NCBI GenBank assembly: GCA_021792295.1
Contig: JAJYUY010000001.1
Coordinates: forward strand, 6,409-70,408
Source of the DNA: Candidatus Micrarchaeota archaeon
GTDB taxonomy: Archaea > Micrarchaeota > Micrarchaeia > Micrarchaeales > Micrarchaeaceae
Reading direction: 5' to 3'
Length of the DNA stretch: 64,000 bases
Part shown: positions 1 through 9,213 of the stretch, piece after piece
Numbering within the stretch: the first letter of the stretch is position 1
Layout: each line of letters begins with the position of its first letter
The notes under the pieces: generated by a model
Seen by the model: only the letters and a program-made list of their open reading frames with translations
The model's database searches: none
What the model was told of the DNA's origin: nothing
Made by a program: the position numbers and the translations under genes

Positions 1-20
1 GAGGGCGTGGGATTTCCCAC

Positions 21-341
21 TCACACTGTTAATGGGAGTATAATTGTAAGCGGGCCGGGCCAGAACCTTTTGGCCAGCCGCTCGGCCATATCGCCAACAA
101 CCGCGATCCTTCGCGCGGCTTCCACCCCTGAAACGATAACTGGCAGGCCGCGCTTGCCTCCTTCCCTTTCCTTTATTTTGAGCAGCCTTGTCACCGCGAT
201 CGGATCGTAGATGGAACAGCCAATGCCGTTGAGCATGTCTGTCTGGTATGCAATTACGCCATGCGATGCTATCAGTTCTGCGACGGATCCCATGTGCTGT
301 TCCAGTGAGGAGAGGCCCCTGATTGTCATCAATCCAATCAC
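21..341 (-). CDS. YrdC/Sua5-family L-threonylcarbamoyladenylate synthase, N-terminal ~100 aa only (premature stop or frame break near window edge)
   Basis: ORF-track protein shows YrdC-domain pattern IAYQTDMLNGIGCS...IKEREGGKRGLPVIVSG...FWPGPLTIILP. The stop (tca 21-23 on + strand) falls about half-way through a normal YrdC domain. Only 20 nt remain to the window edge. Confidence 0.6.
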   Translation of the reverse strand: MIGLMTIRGLSSLEQHMGSVAELIASHGVIAYQTDMLNGIGCSIYDPIAVTRLLKIKEREGGKRGLPVIVSGVEAARRIAVVGDMAERLAKRFWPGPLTIILPLTV

Positions 342-351
342 GGCATTACGC

Positions 352-611
352 TTATTTGAAGCTTATGATCTGGAATCCGTATCGTTCCACTTCCTCCTTG
401 GTGTAGTGGGTCTGGTCTTTTGTCCTGCCAACGTAGGTCACTGTTTTCTCTAGCGCCCTGCCGGTGTATTCCCCTGTTTGGGGTCCCACTCCCTCAAGAC
501 AAGCGTGTCGCCGGGATTGCATTCCCAGTCCGCAAGGCGAAGCTCGTAGGTTTTTGTTCCGTCGGCGAGCTTCTGGAAAAATTCAGGCCAGCATTTCTTT
601 TCTATTCTCAT
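352..611 (-). pseudogene. ASCH/PUA-like (DUF3850-like) small protein with a 1-nt frame break
   Basis: Hand translation from ATG 611-609 gives MRIEKKCWPEFFQKLADGTKTYELRLADWECNPGDTLVLREWDPKQGNTPAGR* (stop 452-450). The neighbouring frame continues as GEYTGRALEKTVTYVGRTKDQTHYTKEEVERYGFQIISFK* (stop 354-352). The break lies in the cccc run 471-474. One extra G on the coding strand would give ...REWDPKQGEYTGR..., which fits the remembered family pattern. Confidence 0.55.
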
Positions 612-641
612 GCGATTGCCACATACCGGATTGCGCGCTGG

Positions 642-1055
642 TCAGACCACCGCGATCTTGATGCGCTTCCTGGTGTAGTTGAGCACGTGGCCGTAGTCCC
701 TATAGTGCGCCATCGCGGTGATGCTCATTGTGTACTCGCCCTCCTCGGACCCGAGGCTGCTGTATATGCCGAGCTTTACCTCCTTCTCCTCGCCGGGCTG
801 CACCTCGCCCACCCTGACCTCCCGCTGCCTTGCCATCATCATCTCGTCGAATCCGAGCTTGTTCGGCAGCTCCGCGACTATAGAGGTTAGAAGCACGTCC
901 TTAGTGGCGTTTTTAACTTTAACCAGCATTGTTGCCGAGCTCTTTCGTTTCGAGTATAGCCGGTAGGGGACGAGCTCCGTTGTGAGGAAAAAGGGGGAGC
1001 CCTTAGTGAGCTCTTGAGCGGCGTCCTTTTTTCCGAATACGTCGAAGATGCTCAT
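642..1055 (-). CDS. hypothetical protein (beta-rich, no family recognised)
   Basis: 137-aa ORF with balanced composition. It is divergent from the 1124 gene across a TATA-rich spacer. The overlapping + strand ORFs 420-890 and 718-966 look spurious. Confidence 0.5.
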   Translation of the reverse strand: MSIFDVFGKKDAAQELTKGSPFFLTTELVPYRLYSKRKSSATMLVKVKNATKDVLLTSIVAELPNKLGFDEMMMARQREVRVGEVQPGEEKEVKLGIYSSLGSEEGEYTMSITAMAHYRDYGHVLNYTRKRIKIAVV

Positions 1056-1123
1056 TCAATCAATCTCAAATGCAATCACACCTTTAAATAGTTTATGCTC
1101 TAATAGTATATAAATGGTGGAGA

Positions 1124-1600
1124 TTGGATGTGGTGGATGGTGCAATGCCGATAAAGTATAATCTTACAAAAAATGATATACTTGCAGACATGTTCCACAA
1201 ACTCGCCCAGAGGAAATCCGCCGATTTCTCCGATGACGAGAATCAGATAAGGGCAATGGCGACGATAATAGCATCCTTCTCCTCAGGGCATTCATGGCAG
1301 ACCTACAGGTGTGTCATCAGAAGGGACCTCTCAAGCTTCAACTCAGACGGGGCCAGGAGCGAGTTTGAAGCGGCGCAGGAATCGAGATGGAAGGGAGTAA
1401 CGAACAGGGACATACTAGAGGTTTCGCAGCTCAACATAAGCGATACTGTGTTCTTCAGGTGGCTCTCCGCACATATGGGCCCGATGGACAGGGATAAGAG
1501 GCAGACGTATGTGTTGGCATGGAACAGGCTGCAGGACGAATTCAGGAAGGATTGCGACATACGGGAGAGGCAGCCTGAGATGAGACGCCTTGCGACATAA
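1124..1600 (+). CDS. hypothetical protein
   Basis: 158-aa ORF starting at TTG 1124. ATG 1145 (MPIKYNL...) lies ~30 nt downstream of tatataaa and is the more likely, near-leaderless start. Confidence 0.5.
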   Translation: MDVVDGAMPIKYNLTKNDILADMFHKLAQRKSADFSDDENQIRAMATIIASFSSGHSWQTYRCVIRRDLSSFNSDGARSEFEAAQESRWKGVTNRDILEVSQLNISDTVFFRWLSAHMGPMDRDKRQTYVLAWNRLQDEFRKDCDIRERQPEMRRLAT

Positions 1601-1638
1601 CCTGGATCAAAGCCGGCTGCGGTCCGTTGCTGAGAAGC

Positions 1639-2556
1639 TCATGCCTTGACTCTGGTTATTATCTTGCACCCCCCATTCTCTACCATCAGCTCAGCCTCTG
1701 CCTGAGCTACAGGAGCGTTGGCCGCCTCGACAAGAACCGGGTGGGGTGATATCGCGCCTGCCCTTAGCAGCTCCCTCACCGCGGAGTAGAGCCGGAATCG
1801 CGGACCTATTATGCCGGATAGCCACCTCACGGCGAACGGGTTGCTTGGGTATTTCGATTCTATCTCTGAGAGCAGAGCGCGCGCGTCTGGGCTTCTGGTG
1901 CTTGCGCTGCCGGCATACTCGTATATCTCGCAGTAGTCCCCATCCCTGACCAGCCCCCTGCCGTTTCTCCCGGTTATGAATGGCTCTATAGCTATCACGT
2001 CGCCCTCCTCCAGCCTCGTGTCGTCCCCGTTGTCGAAGTTCGGTATGAAAGTGCCCGCGTGAAGCGCGTTCCTCTTGACCATATGCCCGCCAAGGTTAAG
2101 TATCGGCTTGAATCCAGCGCCCTCCACCCTTCCTGATATTGCCGCGCCTATCTGCCTGACCGTGACGCCGGTCTTGACCATGGACAGCGCATCGTCAAGC
2201 GCGGCCTCTGCCGTCTCTATCATCTTGCCGTTGTTGCCCGACAGGTCCACGCTTAGGGCGCCATCGCCGAGCATGCCCCCGATCTCAGCGCCGAAGTCCA
2301 CCTTGACAAGAGAGTTCTCCTGGAACACGGATTCGTCGCCAAGAGACGGCGAGTAGTGGGCGGCGTTCGCGTCTATCGAGAGGTTTATGGGGAATGCGAG
2401 GCCAACGCCCTTGTCCCTCAAGTACCTCTCTGCGCTCTCCGCCACCTCGATGAGCCTGGCCCCTGGTTTTATCGAGCGCCTGGCCTCCATCATCGCCCCC
2501 ACCGATGCCTTGCCCGCCTCTGTCAGCTTTTCTAAATCAAATCCTTCCTTTTCCAT
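1639..2556 (-). CDS. map: methionine aminopeptidase, type 2 (archaeal)
   Basis: 305 aa. Pita-bread fold pattern: FPINLSIDANAAHYSP, VKVDFGAEIGGMLGD, NLGGHMV..NALHAG, IAIEPFIT. Confidence 0.85.
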   Translation of the reverse strand: MEKEGFDLEKLTEAGKASVGAMMEARRSIKPGARLIEVAESAERYLRDKGVGLAFPINLSIDANAAHYSPSLGDESVFQENSLVKVDFGAEIGGMLGDGALSVDLSGNNGKMIETAEAALDDALSMVKTGVTVRQIGAAISGRVEGAGFKPILNLGGHMVKRNALHAGTFIPNFDNGDDTRLEEGDVIAIEPFITGRNGRGLVRDGDYCEIYEYAGSASTRSPDARALLSEIESKYPSNPFAVRWLSGIIGPRFRLYSAVRELLRAGAISPHPVLVEAANAPVAQAEAELMVENGGCKIITRVKA

Positions 2557-2563
2557 TCAACCA

Positions 2564-5023
2564 CTAAAGCTTCCTCTGTGAGCCCAGCCCCTTCAGCTCG
2601 TCCTCGCCGAAGCCCAGTTCCTTGAGTATCTTCATCGTGGCAGGGATCACCTGGTGGTTTATGTAGTAGTCGGGGTCGTAATCCCTCGCCATGCCCTCGA
2701 GTTCCGCCTTGTCGCTTATGCTCTCGCCATGCTTCGTGATTATGTAGCCTATCACGTTGCGCTCGACCTCCTCTCGCGTCTTGAAGCCAGCCTTGACCGC
2801 CTTCTTCGCAGCAGACACCTCTGGGGACTTCACGTCGTAGCCCTCTATGCTCTTTCTTATCTGCGTCCTTATGACCACGTCGCTCATGGGCACCTTGCCG
2901 TCCCTGAGCCTTCCAACAGTCTCCTTCACTATGTCAGAGGCCCTTTTCTTGTCCCCCTCCTTTAGTATCGCCTCAAGAACCGCGCGCTGGGTGTCCCTCG
3001 CTATCCTAGACCAGTCCCTGCGTACCAGTTCAAATCCCCTTATCTTTATGTGGCCGTCCTCCGCAATCAGCGCATACTTCTTCTTTGCGCCCCTCGCATC
3101 CACCTTGCCGACCTTCTTGCCTACGAAGACCCCCCTTGTGTAGAAGTCCTCAAGCTCCAGCTCCATCGACTTTGGGAGACCTGCATTGAAGCCCTTCACG
3201 AATTCCAGCGCATGGCTCTTTGGATTATCGCCAAGGAGCGCTACGACAGAATCGGTGTCGCCATAGAGCACGCGCATTCCTGCTGCCTCTGCGGCCTCTA
3301 TGCTTTTCCTTATGTATTCCCTCCCGAATGCGGTAACGCTAGCCGCACACGGCCTGGAATACCACCTCGACCTGGCGTAGCCCAGATAACCGTAGAATGA
3401 GTTGGAGACTATCTTCAGCGCCATCGACCTCGCACCCAGGAACACATTGGTGGGATCCTTCTTGTATGCCTTCTTCACCGATGCCCTCTGGTCGATCAGC
3501 ATCTTCAGCAGCATGGGCATTATCCCTTTTCTGTTCTTGTCGAACCTCGTGCCGTCGGGTGATTCGTAGTAGTCGCTGCACTCGGTGCAGACGTTCGACG
3601 GATCGATGTTGTGCGATATGATTATCGACGGGTACAGCCCCCTGAAGTCGAACATCGCTATGTTCTCGTAAATGCCTGGGTCGGGCGTCTTGACATAGGC
3701 GCCCTCTATCGGGTTCCTGTCGCGCTCCCTTGTCTCGGGATCAGAGGGCTTGTTTGGGATTATCTCGCCGTACTTGTGGGAGCTGTGCATCATCATGAAC
3801 TCGACGAGCTGACCTGTCGTCGAAACGCAGACGTCGCTGAGCGGGTCGTACGTGAGCCTGGAGAGCTCGATCATGACGGGTATCAGCGTCTCGTATACCT
3901 TCTGCAGCGCCTCAGAATCTGCCATGTTGTACTTGGCAAGCATCTCGCGCTCCCCATCAGTGCCGTCCCACATGTTGAATATATTCGAGCGCTCGACCTC
4001 GAGCGAGCGCTTCCCGGTTATCGCCTCATACACGTTCTTTAGCGTCTTGCTGTCCAATTTCAGTATGCTCTCCGCCGCGCCGACGACGGATATGAACTTC
4101 ACGACAACATACATGTCAACATGGACTATGCCCGCCACTTTGACGCGGTCGACGAGCCCGTGGCGCTCTATCTTCGTGTCGCCTTCGAACCTGCTCAGAT
4201 TGAACTCGATGCCGATGTGCTCGCACCTGTCCTGCATGTATTTTATGTCGAAATTCGCGGAGTTGTAGCCAACAATTATGTCAACTCCGAGGTTCTTCAC
4301 CAGCTCCATGAACCTCTTTATTATGTGTTTCTCGTCCTGTACCTCCTCCACGAATGGCAGGTTTATCGGCTTCGATGTTATGACGCCCTGCCTCGGGCCG
4401 CCTGCACCGGTGAAGGAGTAGCTGAGCATTATTATCGGGTCTTTTTCGGGCCTTGGCATCGCCCCTGTCGGGCTGTAAACCTCTATGTCGAAGAACATGA
4501 CATTCATTACCGGCGGTTCGGCATTGAGCCTCTCTGCAGATTCTATGATGAGCCTTCCACCATCTATGGATACACCGAACCTGTACATTGATAGTGGGGC
4601 TATCTCGTTGTCTATCGAGTAGCGCTTCGCGAATGGTATGTCATTCTCGTATATGTCGCCGAGCAGCCTGAGCGCGCCGCTGAGTTTTGGTACGTGCGAC
4701 GCGTTCCCCACGAACACCTTGAGCGCATCGACCCCCTTGCCGAGCAGCGACCTCCTCTCGCGCTCTATCCTTGTGGGCTGTATTAGCGCGCCCTCGTCCT
4801 GCACGAAGATTGATGACGTGTCTATGTCCCGTGATCTGGGCACAAGGTAGAAATAGGGTTTGAACCGCCTGTCGAAAAGCTCGTGGGCCCTTCCGTCAGA
4901 GCCCTTCACGGTCAGCCTTATGACAGATTCCGCGCCATCATTCAGGTAGTCGACGTCGAGGAGCATCCCGTCTATGCTTGACGCTGCGGAATCTGATTTT
5001 TGCTTTTCTCCTTCCATAAGCAT
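2564..5023 (-). CDS. polB: family-B DNA polymerase
   Basis: Exo motifs FDIEV, YNSANFDIKY and YNMADSEAL. Pol motifs DFRGLYPSIIISHNI, KIVSNSFYGYLGY and YGDTDS. The ORF-track start (5206) overlaps the upstream same-strand gene. ATG 5023 (MLMEGEK) sits just after that gene's stop at 5038. Confidence 0.9.
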   Translation of the reverse strand: MLMEGEKQKSDSAASSIDGMLLDVDYLNDGAESVIRLTVKGSDGRAHELFDRRFKPYFYLVPRSRDIDTSSIFVQDEGALIQPTRIERERRSLLGKGVDALKVFVGNASHVPKLSGALRLLGDIYENDIPFAKRYSIDNEIAPLSMYRFGVSIDGGRLIIESAERLNAEPPVMNVMFFDIEVYSPTGAMPRPEKDPIIMLSYSFTGAGGPRQGVITSKPINLPFVEEVQDEKHIIKRFMELVKNLGVDIIVGYNSANFDIKYMQDRCEHIGIEFNLSRFEGDTKIERHGLVDRVKVAGIVHVDMYVVVKFISVVGAAESILKLDSKTLKNVYEAITGKRSLEVERSNIFNMWDGTDGEREMLAKYNMADSEALQKVYETLIPVMIELSRLTYDPLSDVCVSTTGQLVEFMMMHSSHKYGEIIPNKPSDPETRERDRNPIEGAYVKTPDPGIYENIAMFDFRGLYPSIIISHNIDPSNVCTECSDYYESPDGTRFDKNRKGIMPMLLKMLIDQRASVKKAYKKDPTNVFLGARSMALKIVSNSFYGYLGYARSRWYSRPCAASVTAFGREYIRKSIEAAEAAGMRVLYGDTDSVVALLGDNPKSHALEFVKGFNAGLPKSMELELEDFYTRGVFVGKKVGKVDARGAKKKYALIAEDGHIKIRGFELVRRDWSRIARDTQRAVLEAILKEGDKKRASDIVKETVGRLRDGKVPMSDVVIRTQIRKSIEGYDVKSPEVSAAKKAVKAGFKTREEVERNVIGYIITKHGESISDKAELEGMARDYDPDYYINHQVIPATMKILKELGFGEDELKGLGSQRKL

Positions 5024-5037
5024 GAGTGTCCGCGTTT

Positions 5038-5466
5038 CTACTTCTTCTCCTTTGGCGGTTCCTGGAGTTTGGTCGAGCTTATAACCATCGGGGGTATCAG
5101 CCCGAGCGAGTATGCGACGAGCGTCCCGGTGGCGCTGCACCTGAAGTTGAGGCCGTTTATCAACTCCTCTGCGACGTTGTTCGGAAGCATGTGCTCCTTC
5201 TCCCACCTTTTAGTTATGGAAGAGACCGCATCCTTGCTCTCAGACATCTCAACCACCCCATCGAGCTTTATCTGGCCGACCTTCTTGGCCTCCTTGCCCT
5301 CCCCGTCGTGGTATTCCGCCATGAATGCGTACGTCACGTTTATCTTATCGCCGTCCGCCTTCACGCCCTCTATGTTTATGTTTATCTTCGGAAACCTCTG
5401 CTTAACGAGCGCCTGCTGCGAATCTATCTTGCCTTCCACGTTCAGTATGGAGAATCCTGTTATCAT
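5038..5466 (-). CDS. conserved hypothetical protein (no family recognised with confidence)
   Basis: 142-aa ORF directly upstream of polB on the same strand, with protein-like composition. Confidence 0.55.
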   Translation of the reverse strand: MITGFSILNVEGKIDSQQALVKQRFPKININIEGVKADGDKINVTYAFMAEYHDGEGKEAKKVGQIKLDGVVEMSESKDAVSSITKRWEKEHMLPNNVAEELINGLNFRCSATGTLVAYSLGLIPPMVISSTKLQEPPKEKK

Positions 5467-5508
5467 CCAATCACTTTTCGCTAGAACATCTGTTGTGAAG
5501 GTATTTAT

Positions 5509-5703
5509 ATGGTTGTGGTTGCGGATGCCGAGCTGCTTGAGGATTCGAGCGTCGAATTCGCCGGGTCATCAAAGGATCATCCTGAAACCGGCAAGCCGAC
5601 GCTAAGCATAATGGCGAAGAAGCCAAGGGAGGCCCTGCTGAAGGCGGTAGAGCGCATCGACGACGATCTGAAGAAGCTCAAGACACAGCTAAAGAAGAAG
5701 TAA
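5509..5703 (+). CDS. possible small coiled-coil protein
   Basis: 64-aa ORF. The only convincing part is the C-terminal MAKKPREALLKAVERIDDDLKKLKTQLKKK (ATG ~5610). The ATG at 5509 lies inside a TATA-like tatttatatgg. Confidence 0.25.
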   Translation: MVVVADAELLEDSSVEFAGSSKDHPETGKPTLSIMAKKPREALLKAVERIDDDLKKLKTQLKKK

Positions 5704-5709
5704 CCCCGA

Positions 5710-6501
5710 TCACCCTCCGCCGCTCTCATACTCTTTTATAAGGCGGTTGAAGATTGCGTAAGAGCTTACAATCGCTATCGCCAATGCGAGCACATCAACT
5801 AGTATGAACGAGACTCCCAGCTTTCCGAAAAGTATCTCTGAGGGGTAGTAATAAGCAAACCCTATCGGGAGCAGCAGAGAGAAGAATACCTGGAATCCTA
5901 TACCATATATCGCGATGGGATACGCTCCCGCGCTCTCGCCTAGATTGAATACACTCCTGCTGAATTGGGCAGAGCGCATAAATATATACGAGATCACGGT
6001 AACGGCTAGGAATATCATTGTTAATGCTGCAGTTCCCATAAGCAGCATAAGCACATATGGTATTGAAAGAAGTGGTCCTATCCCAAGCCTGAATATCACA
6101 TACGCTACTATCCCCGCGCTGCTTAGCGCTCCGGCTATCAACGAGAGCGCACCTGGAACGCCCGATAATACGCACGTCATCTTCCCGAATGGTCTTATGA
6201 GATATGGGTCCAGTTTGCCAATGCGCATCTTGTTTACTATGCTCCATGGATTTATGAAGAACCAAACGAGTGACATAACCATGTTCGAGCTTGTTGAGAG
6301 CAGGAGCAGCTGGAGATAGTTCCACCCAGGTATCCCACTAGATACATTGTATATTATCGTTATCCCTGCGTATGTGACTACTGTGCTCATTAAGCTCAGG
6401 GCAACCCATATCGCCCCTTGCAGGCGATAGACAAACCAGTCCTTCCACGCGTACTTCTGGCATATCAGGAAGTATCTGGCATTTTCAGTGTATCTGCCCA
6501 T
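5710..6501 (-). CDS. ABC-2 family transporter permease
   Basis: 263 aa, about six hydrophobic helices. Last gene of a three-gene ATPase-permease-permease operon, abutting the upstream gene. Confidence 0.7.
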   Translation of the reverse strand: MGRYTENARYFLICQKYAWKDWFVYRLQGAIWVALSLMSTVVTYAGITIIYNVSSGIPGWNYLQLLLLSTSSNMVMSLVWFFINPWSIVNKMRIGKLDPYLIRPFGKMTCVLSGVPGALSLIAGALSSAGIVAYVIFRLGIGPLLSIPYVLMLLMGTAALTMIFLAVTVISYIFMRSAQFSRSVFNLGESAGAYPIAIYGIGFQVFFSLLLPIGFAYYYPSEILFGKLGVSFILVDVLALAIAIVSSYAIFNRLIKEYESGGG

Positions 6502-7299
6502 CTAACCACCTACTGCGGTAAGGTTGCGCTTAACCCTCCCCCACCATATAAAGCCAAGGCCGGATATCACGGCAAGCCAAGCCACATAAAGCACTAAGTA
6601 ATTGTAAATTTGTGTTCCGCTTATCGCACCATTAAGCGTAGCAGAGGGGACATACAAAAAGAGCTGGAACGGAAGTGCCCCGACTATCCCTCGCGCCCAT
6701 AACGGAAAGAAATTTAGCGGCATAATACCGCCCCCAAGGAACGCAATCATCGTCATTACCAGGCTGGAGAATCCATCTATTGTGGTAGTATATATTGAAA
6801 AAGAACCTATTATGAACTGTATTATGCCTATCAAAATGTATCCCATTGCGAGCTCCGCTATAAAAACAAGCAGCGTTGTCGAGGATACAGTTATATGTAA
6901 TGCCAGTATAGCTATCGTGAGCGCTATTATGATTACAGGAACCGCGGTTATCAGAGTGTTTGACGTAGATTCAGTGAATACCGACGCTGCGTAGTTTATA
7001 GGTTTTATCAACTTCCCTGCTATATTCCCCTCTTGTATGTCCTCTTCTAATATGTTGTCGTTACTTGTATTCATAAGCATCGATATTATGCCAACCACAA
7101 TAAAGTAGGCATCTATCTGCGGCAGGCTAAATCCTCCTATTGTGGTTGCATGCTCGCTGATGTAGACCGCATTCCATATGAATATTATGAACAGGAAGCT
7201 TAGCAAATACAGAACCGAACTAAGTATGAAGTCCTTGAAGTAAACCAAAGTGCTCTTGATCCCTATTATCATAAGTGACGAGTACGCTCTGGTATTCAT
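6502..7299 (-). CDS. ABC-2 family transporter permease
   Basis: 265 aa, polytopic. Its start overlaps the ATPase stop by 4 nt. Confidence 0.7.
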   Translation of the reverse strand: MNTRAYSSLMIIGIKSTLVYFKDFILSSVLYLLSFLFIIFIWNAVYISEHATTIGGFSLPQIDAYFIVVGIISMLMNTSNDNILEEDIQEGNIAGKLIKPINYAASVFTESTSNTLITAVPVIIIALTIAILALHITVSSTTLLVFIAELAMGYILIGIIQFIIGSFSIYTTTIDGFSSLVMTMIAFLGGGIMPLNFFPLWARGIVGALPFQLFLYVPSATLNGAISGTQIYNYLVLYVAWLAVISGLGFIWWGRVKRNLTAVGG

Positions 7300-8297
7300 T
7301 CATCTTCACCCACCTGCCTCTTTCCTTCAAGCTTTCCATACAACTTTGAAAGAACGTGACTCAGCCCGGCTTCCGAGACCCTATAATCCAGGACGTTTCT
7401 GCTGGCAAGCAGGTTTATGAACCTCTTCTCTTTGAGTGCTCTTACGCTGACCTCCATTCTCACCACCCCGCCTTTTGAGGAAATGATGCGGCCATATGAT
7501 TTTAATTCAGGGATCTTCCCATTGCCAAAGGCAAGCTCTACCCTGCGATAGTTTCCAAACATCCCATTCAGCTTCTTCCTGCTTCCGTCAAACACCTTCT
7601 TCCCCTTATCCATTATTAGTACCCTGTCTGCTATCTCAATGTCCTCTACTATGTGCGTTGTTAGCAGGAAGGTCGAGTTGTATCTCTCTCTGGTATCCAG
7701 TACTGCTTCCTTCAGTGCATTTTTCGATGGAAGATCAACGCCTATTGTTGGCTCGTCAAGGAATATAAGCTTTGGGCTGTGCAGTATGGACGCCACGAAG
7801 TTGCATTTCATCTGCTCCCCTAATGACATCGTCCTCACGGGTTTCTTGTACACTTTTTCCAACGATAGCATCTCAATCAAGCGCTTGAGACGCTTATCAT
7901 ACTCCCCATCGTCTATCCTATATACGCTCTTTATGAACTCGAATGTATCTATTGCCGGAAGGTTCCAATAAAGCTGTCCGTGCGCCCCCAGCACGACACC
8001 TATGTTATATGCTAGCTTCGCTCGGTCATCCCACGGGTTCAATCCCATTACAGAAATGTTCCCTTTGTTTGGATACAAGATCCCAGTGAGCATCTTTATA
8101 ATTGTGCTCTTCCCCGACCCATTTCTTCCAAGCAGCGCGACTATTTCTCCCCTACGTATCGAGAAGCTGACTCCTTTCACTGCCGTTTTCATTATCTTTT
8201 TTCGGAAGAGCGAGGCTGGGAAGCGCTTGCTGTCGCTGTGCTCGAACGTCTTGTACTTTTTTACAACATTTTTAACGGATATTATCGGCTCTTCCAT
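7296..8297 (-). CDS. ABC transporter ATP-binding protein (uncharacterised ABC-2 type system)
   Basis: Walker A GRNGSGKST, signature-like MSLGEQMK, Walker B LIFLDEPTIGVD, plus a ~100-aa C-terminal extension. Confidence 0.85.
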   Translation of the reverse strand: MEEPIISVKNVVKKYKTFEHSDSKRFPASLFRKKIMKTAVKGVSFSIRRGEIVALLGRNGSGKSTIIKMLTGILYPNKGNISVMGLNPWDDRAKLAYNIGVVLGAHGQLYWNLPAIDTFEFIKSVYRIDDGEYDKRLKRLIEMLSLEKVYKKPVRTMSLGEQMKCNFVASILHSPKLIFLDEPTIGVDLPSKNALKEAVLDTRERYNSTFLLTTHIVEDIEIADRVLIMDKGKKVFDGSRKKLNGMFGNYRRVELAFGNGKIPELKSYGRIISSKGGVVRMEVSVRALKEKRFINLLASRNVLDYRVSEAGLSHVLSKLYGKLEGKRQVGEDE

Positions 8298-8652
8298 CTA
8301 TATACGCCATTCGCGATATGCTAGGCCTGTCACTAACTTTTTTGGAGAATGTGAAAAAAAAATATAGGAATGCGCTAGCTGAAGATCAGGCCCATGCATT
8401 TAGGCTGCGATTCCCATTGGTATCTCCAATAGATTGTAGAAGCTAAACAATAAAAGTGTTATGTACACGCCGTGGCTGTTGAAAATCTGGGCCCTAACGT
8501 CGGATGCCCAAAATTCCAGATATTTTAAGTTGGAACCTGTTGACTCCAACATTCATTCTGGTGGTATGAGTTGGTCTTTTCAATGTCAAAAAGAGGTATT
8601 GTTAATGCCGTAGGCTAACCAAAACTGGGCCTGTCCATCGTAATTTATGGGT

Positions 8653-8985
8653 TCAGAGTATGTATTTCAGAAGATAACCGAATATGCAGCTGTTCACATG
8701 CGCGGTTACCCTTTGGAGTCCCTTCACCCTGACGTTCAGGAGGTTGAGTTTCATCTTCAGAAGCGAGAAGAATCTCTCTATCCCTCCTCTTTTCCTGTAA
8801 TCCTTGTCCCTTGGTTTTGATGACTTGTAGTGCCCTCTGCCGTTGACAGCTATAACAGGGATTACCCTGTTTTCCCACAGACTTGCCGCATTGCAGACCG
8901 GCAACGCTATCTTCTTTAGTTTCAAAACTATTTTCACGGGAAAACTGCAGCTGCTGTCGTCGAAAGGCGGCAGCTCCGCTAACAT
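8653..8985 (-). pseudogene. IS4/IS5-type DDE transposase, C-terminal fragment
   Basis: 110-aa ORF ends with YRKRGGIERFFSLLKMKLNLLNVRVKGLQRVTAHVNSCIFGYLL, a transposase C-terminal pattern (Y..R..IE.FF..LK). Upstream sequence (8986-9160) gives only short broken frames such as SGVKPPISGRRPPNSPW. Confidence 0.6.
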
Positions 8986-9213
8986 TTGTAGACGTCTACT
9001 CCTGCAAACAGGTCGTTGCGACCGGTCCGCCGTAATCTGAATTATTGATGGAAAGAATGTAGAACCTTCGTATCCGCCGCCTCTTAGCGGAAGTGCGGGG
9101 GGTTAAAGATTAAGTCCCTTGAGGCCGCCATGGGCTGTTCGGCGGACGGCGGCCTGAAATTGGGGGTTTGACTCCAGACAAGGTATTTATAGATAGGCTT
9201 AGAAACTAATCCG

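Noticed and set aside
2564-5023. Inteins in polB, and likewise in gyrA, gyrB, radA and the thermosome gene.
   Set aside because: Protein lengths are normal, and the conserved motifs (for example DFRGLYPS…KIVSNSFYG…YGDTDS) are contiguous, with no inserted Cys/Ser…HN splicing blocks.
2564-5206. The N-terminal 61-aa extension of the polB ORF. Similar ORF-track extensions occur for 13760-14548, 14455-16842, 16858-17508, 19572-20036, 53735-55087, 36111-37247 and 48174-48875.
   Set aside because: The extensions overlap the preceding gene or have Arg-rich junk composition. Internal ATGs placed just after the upstream stop codon give N-termini that match the families, so the shorter coordinates were used.
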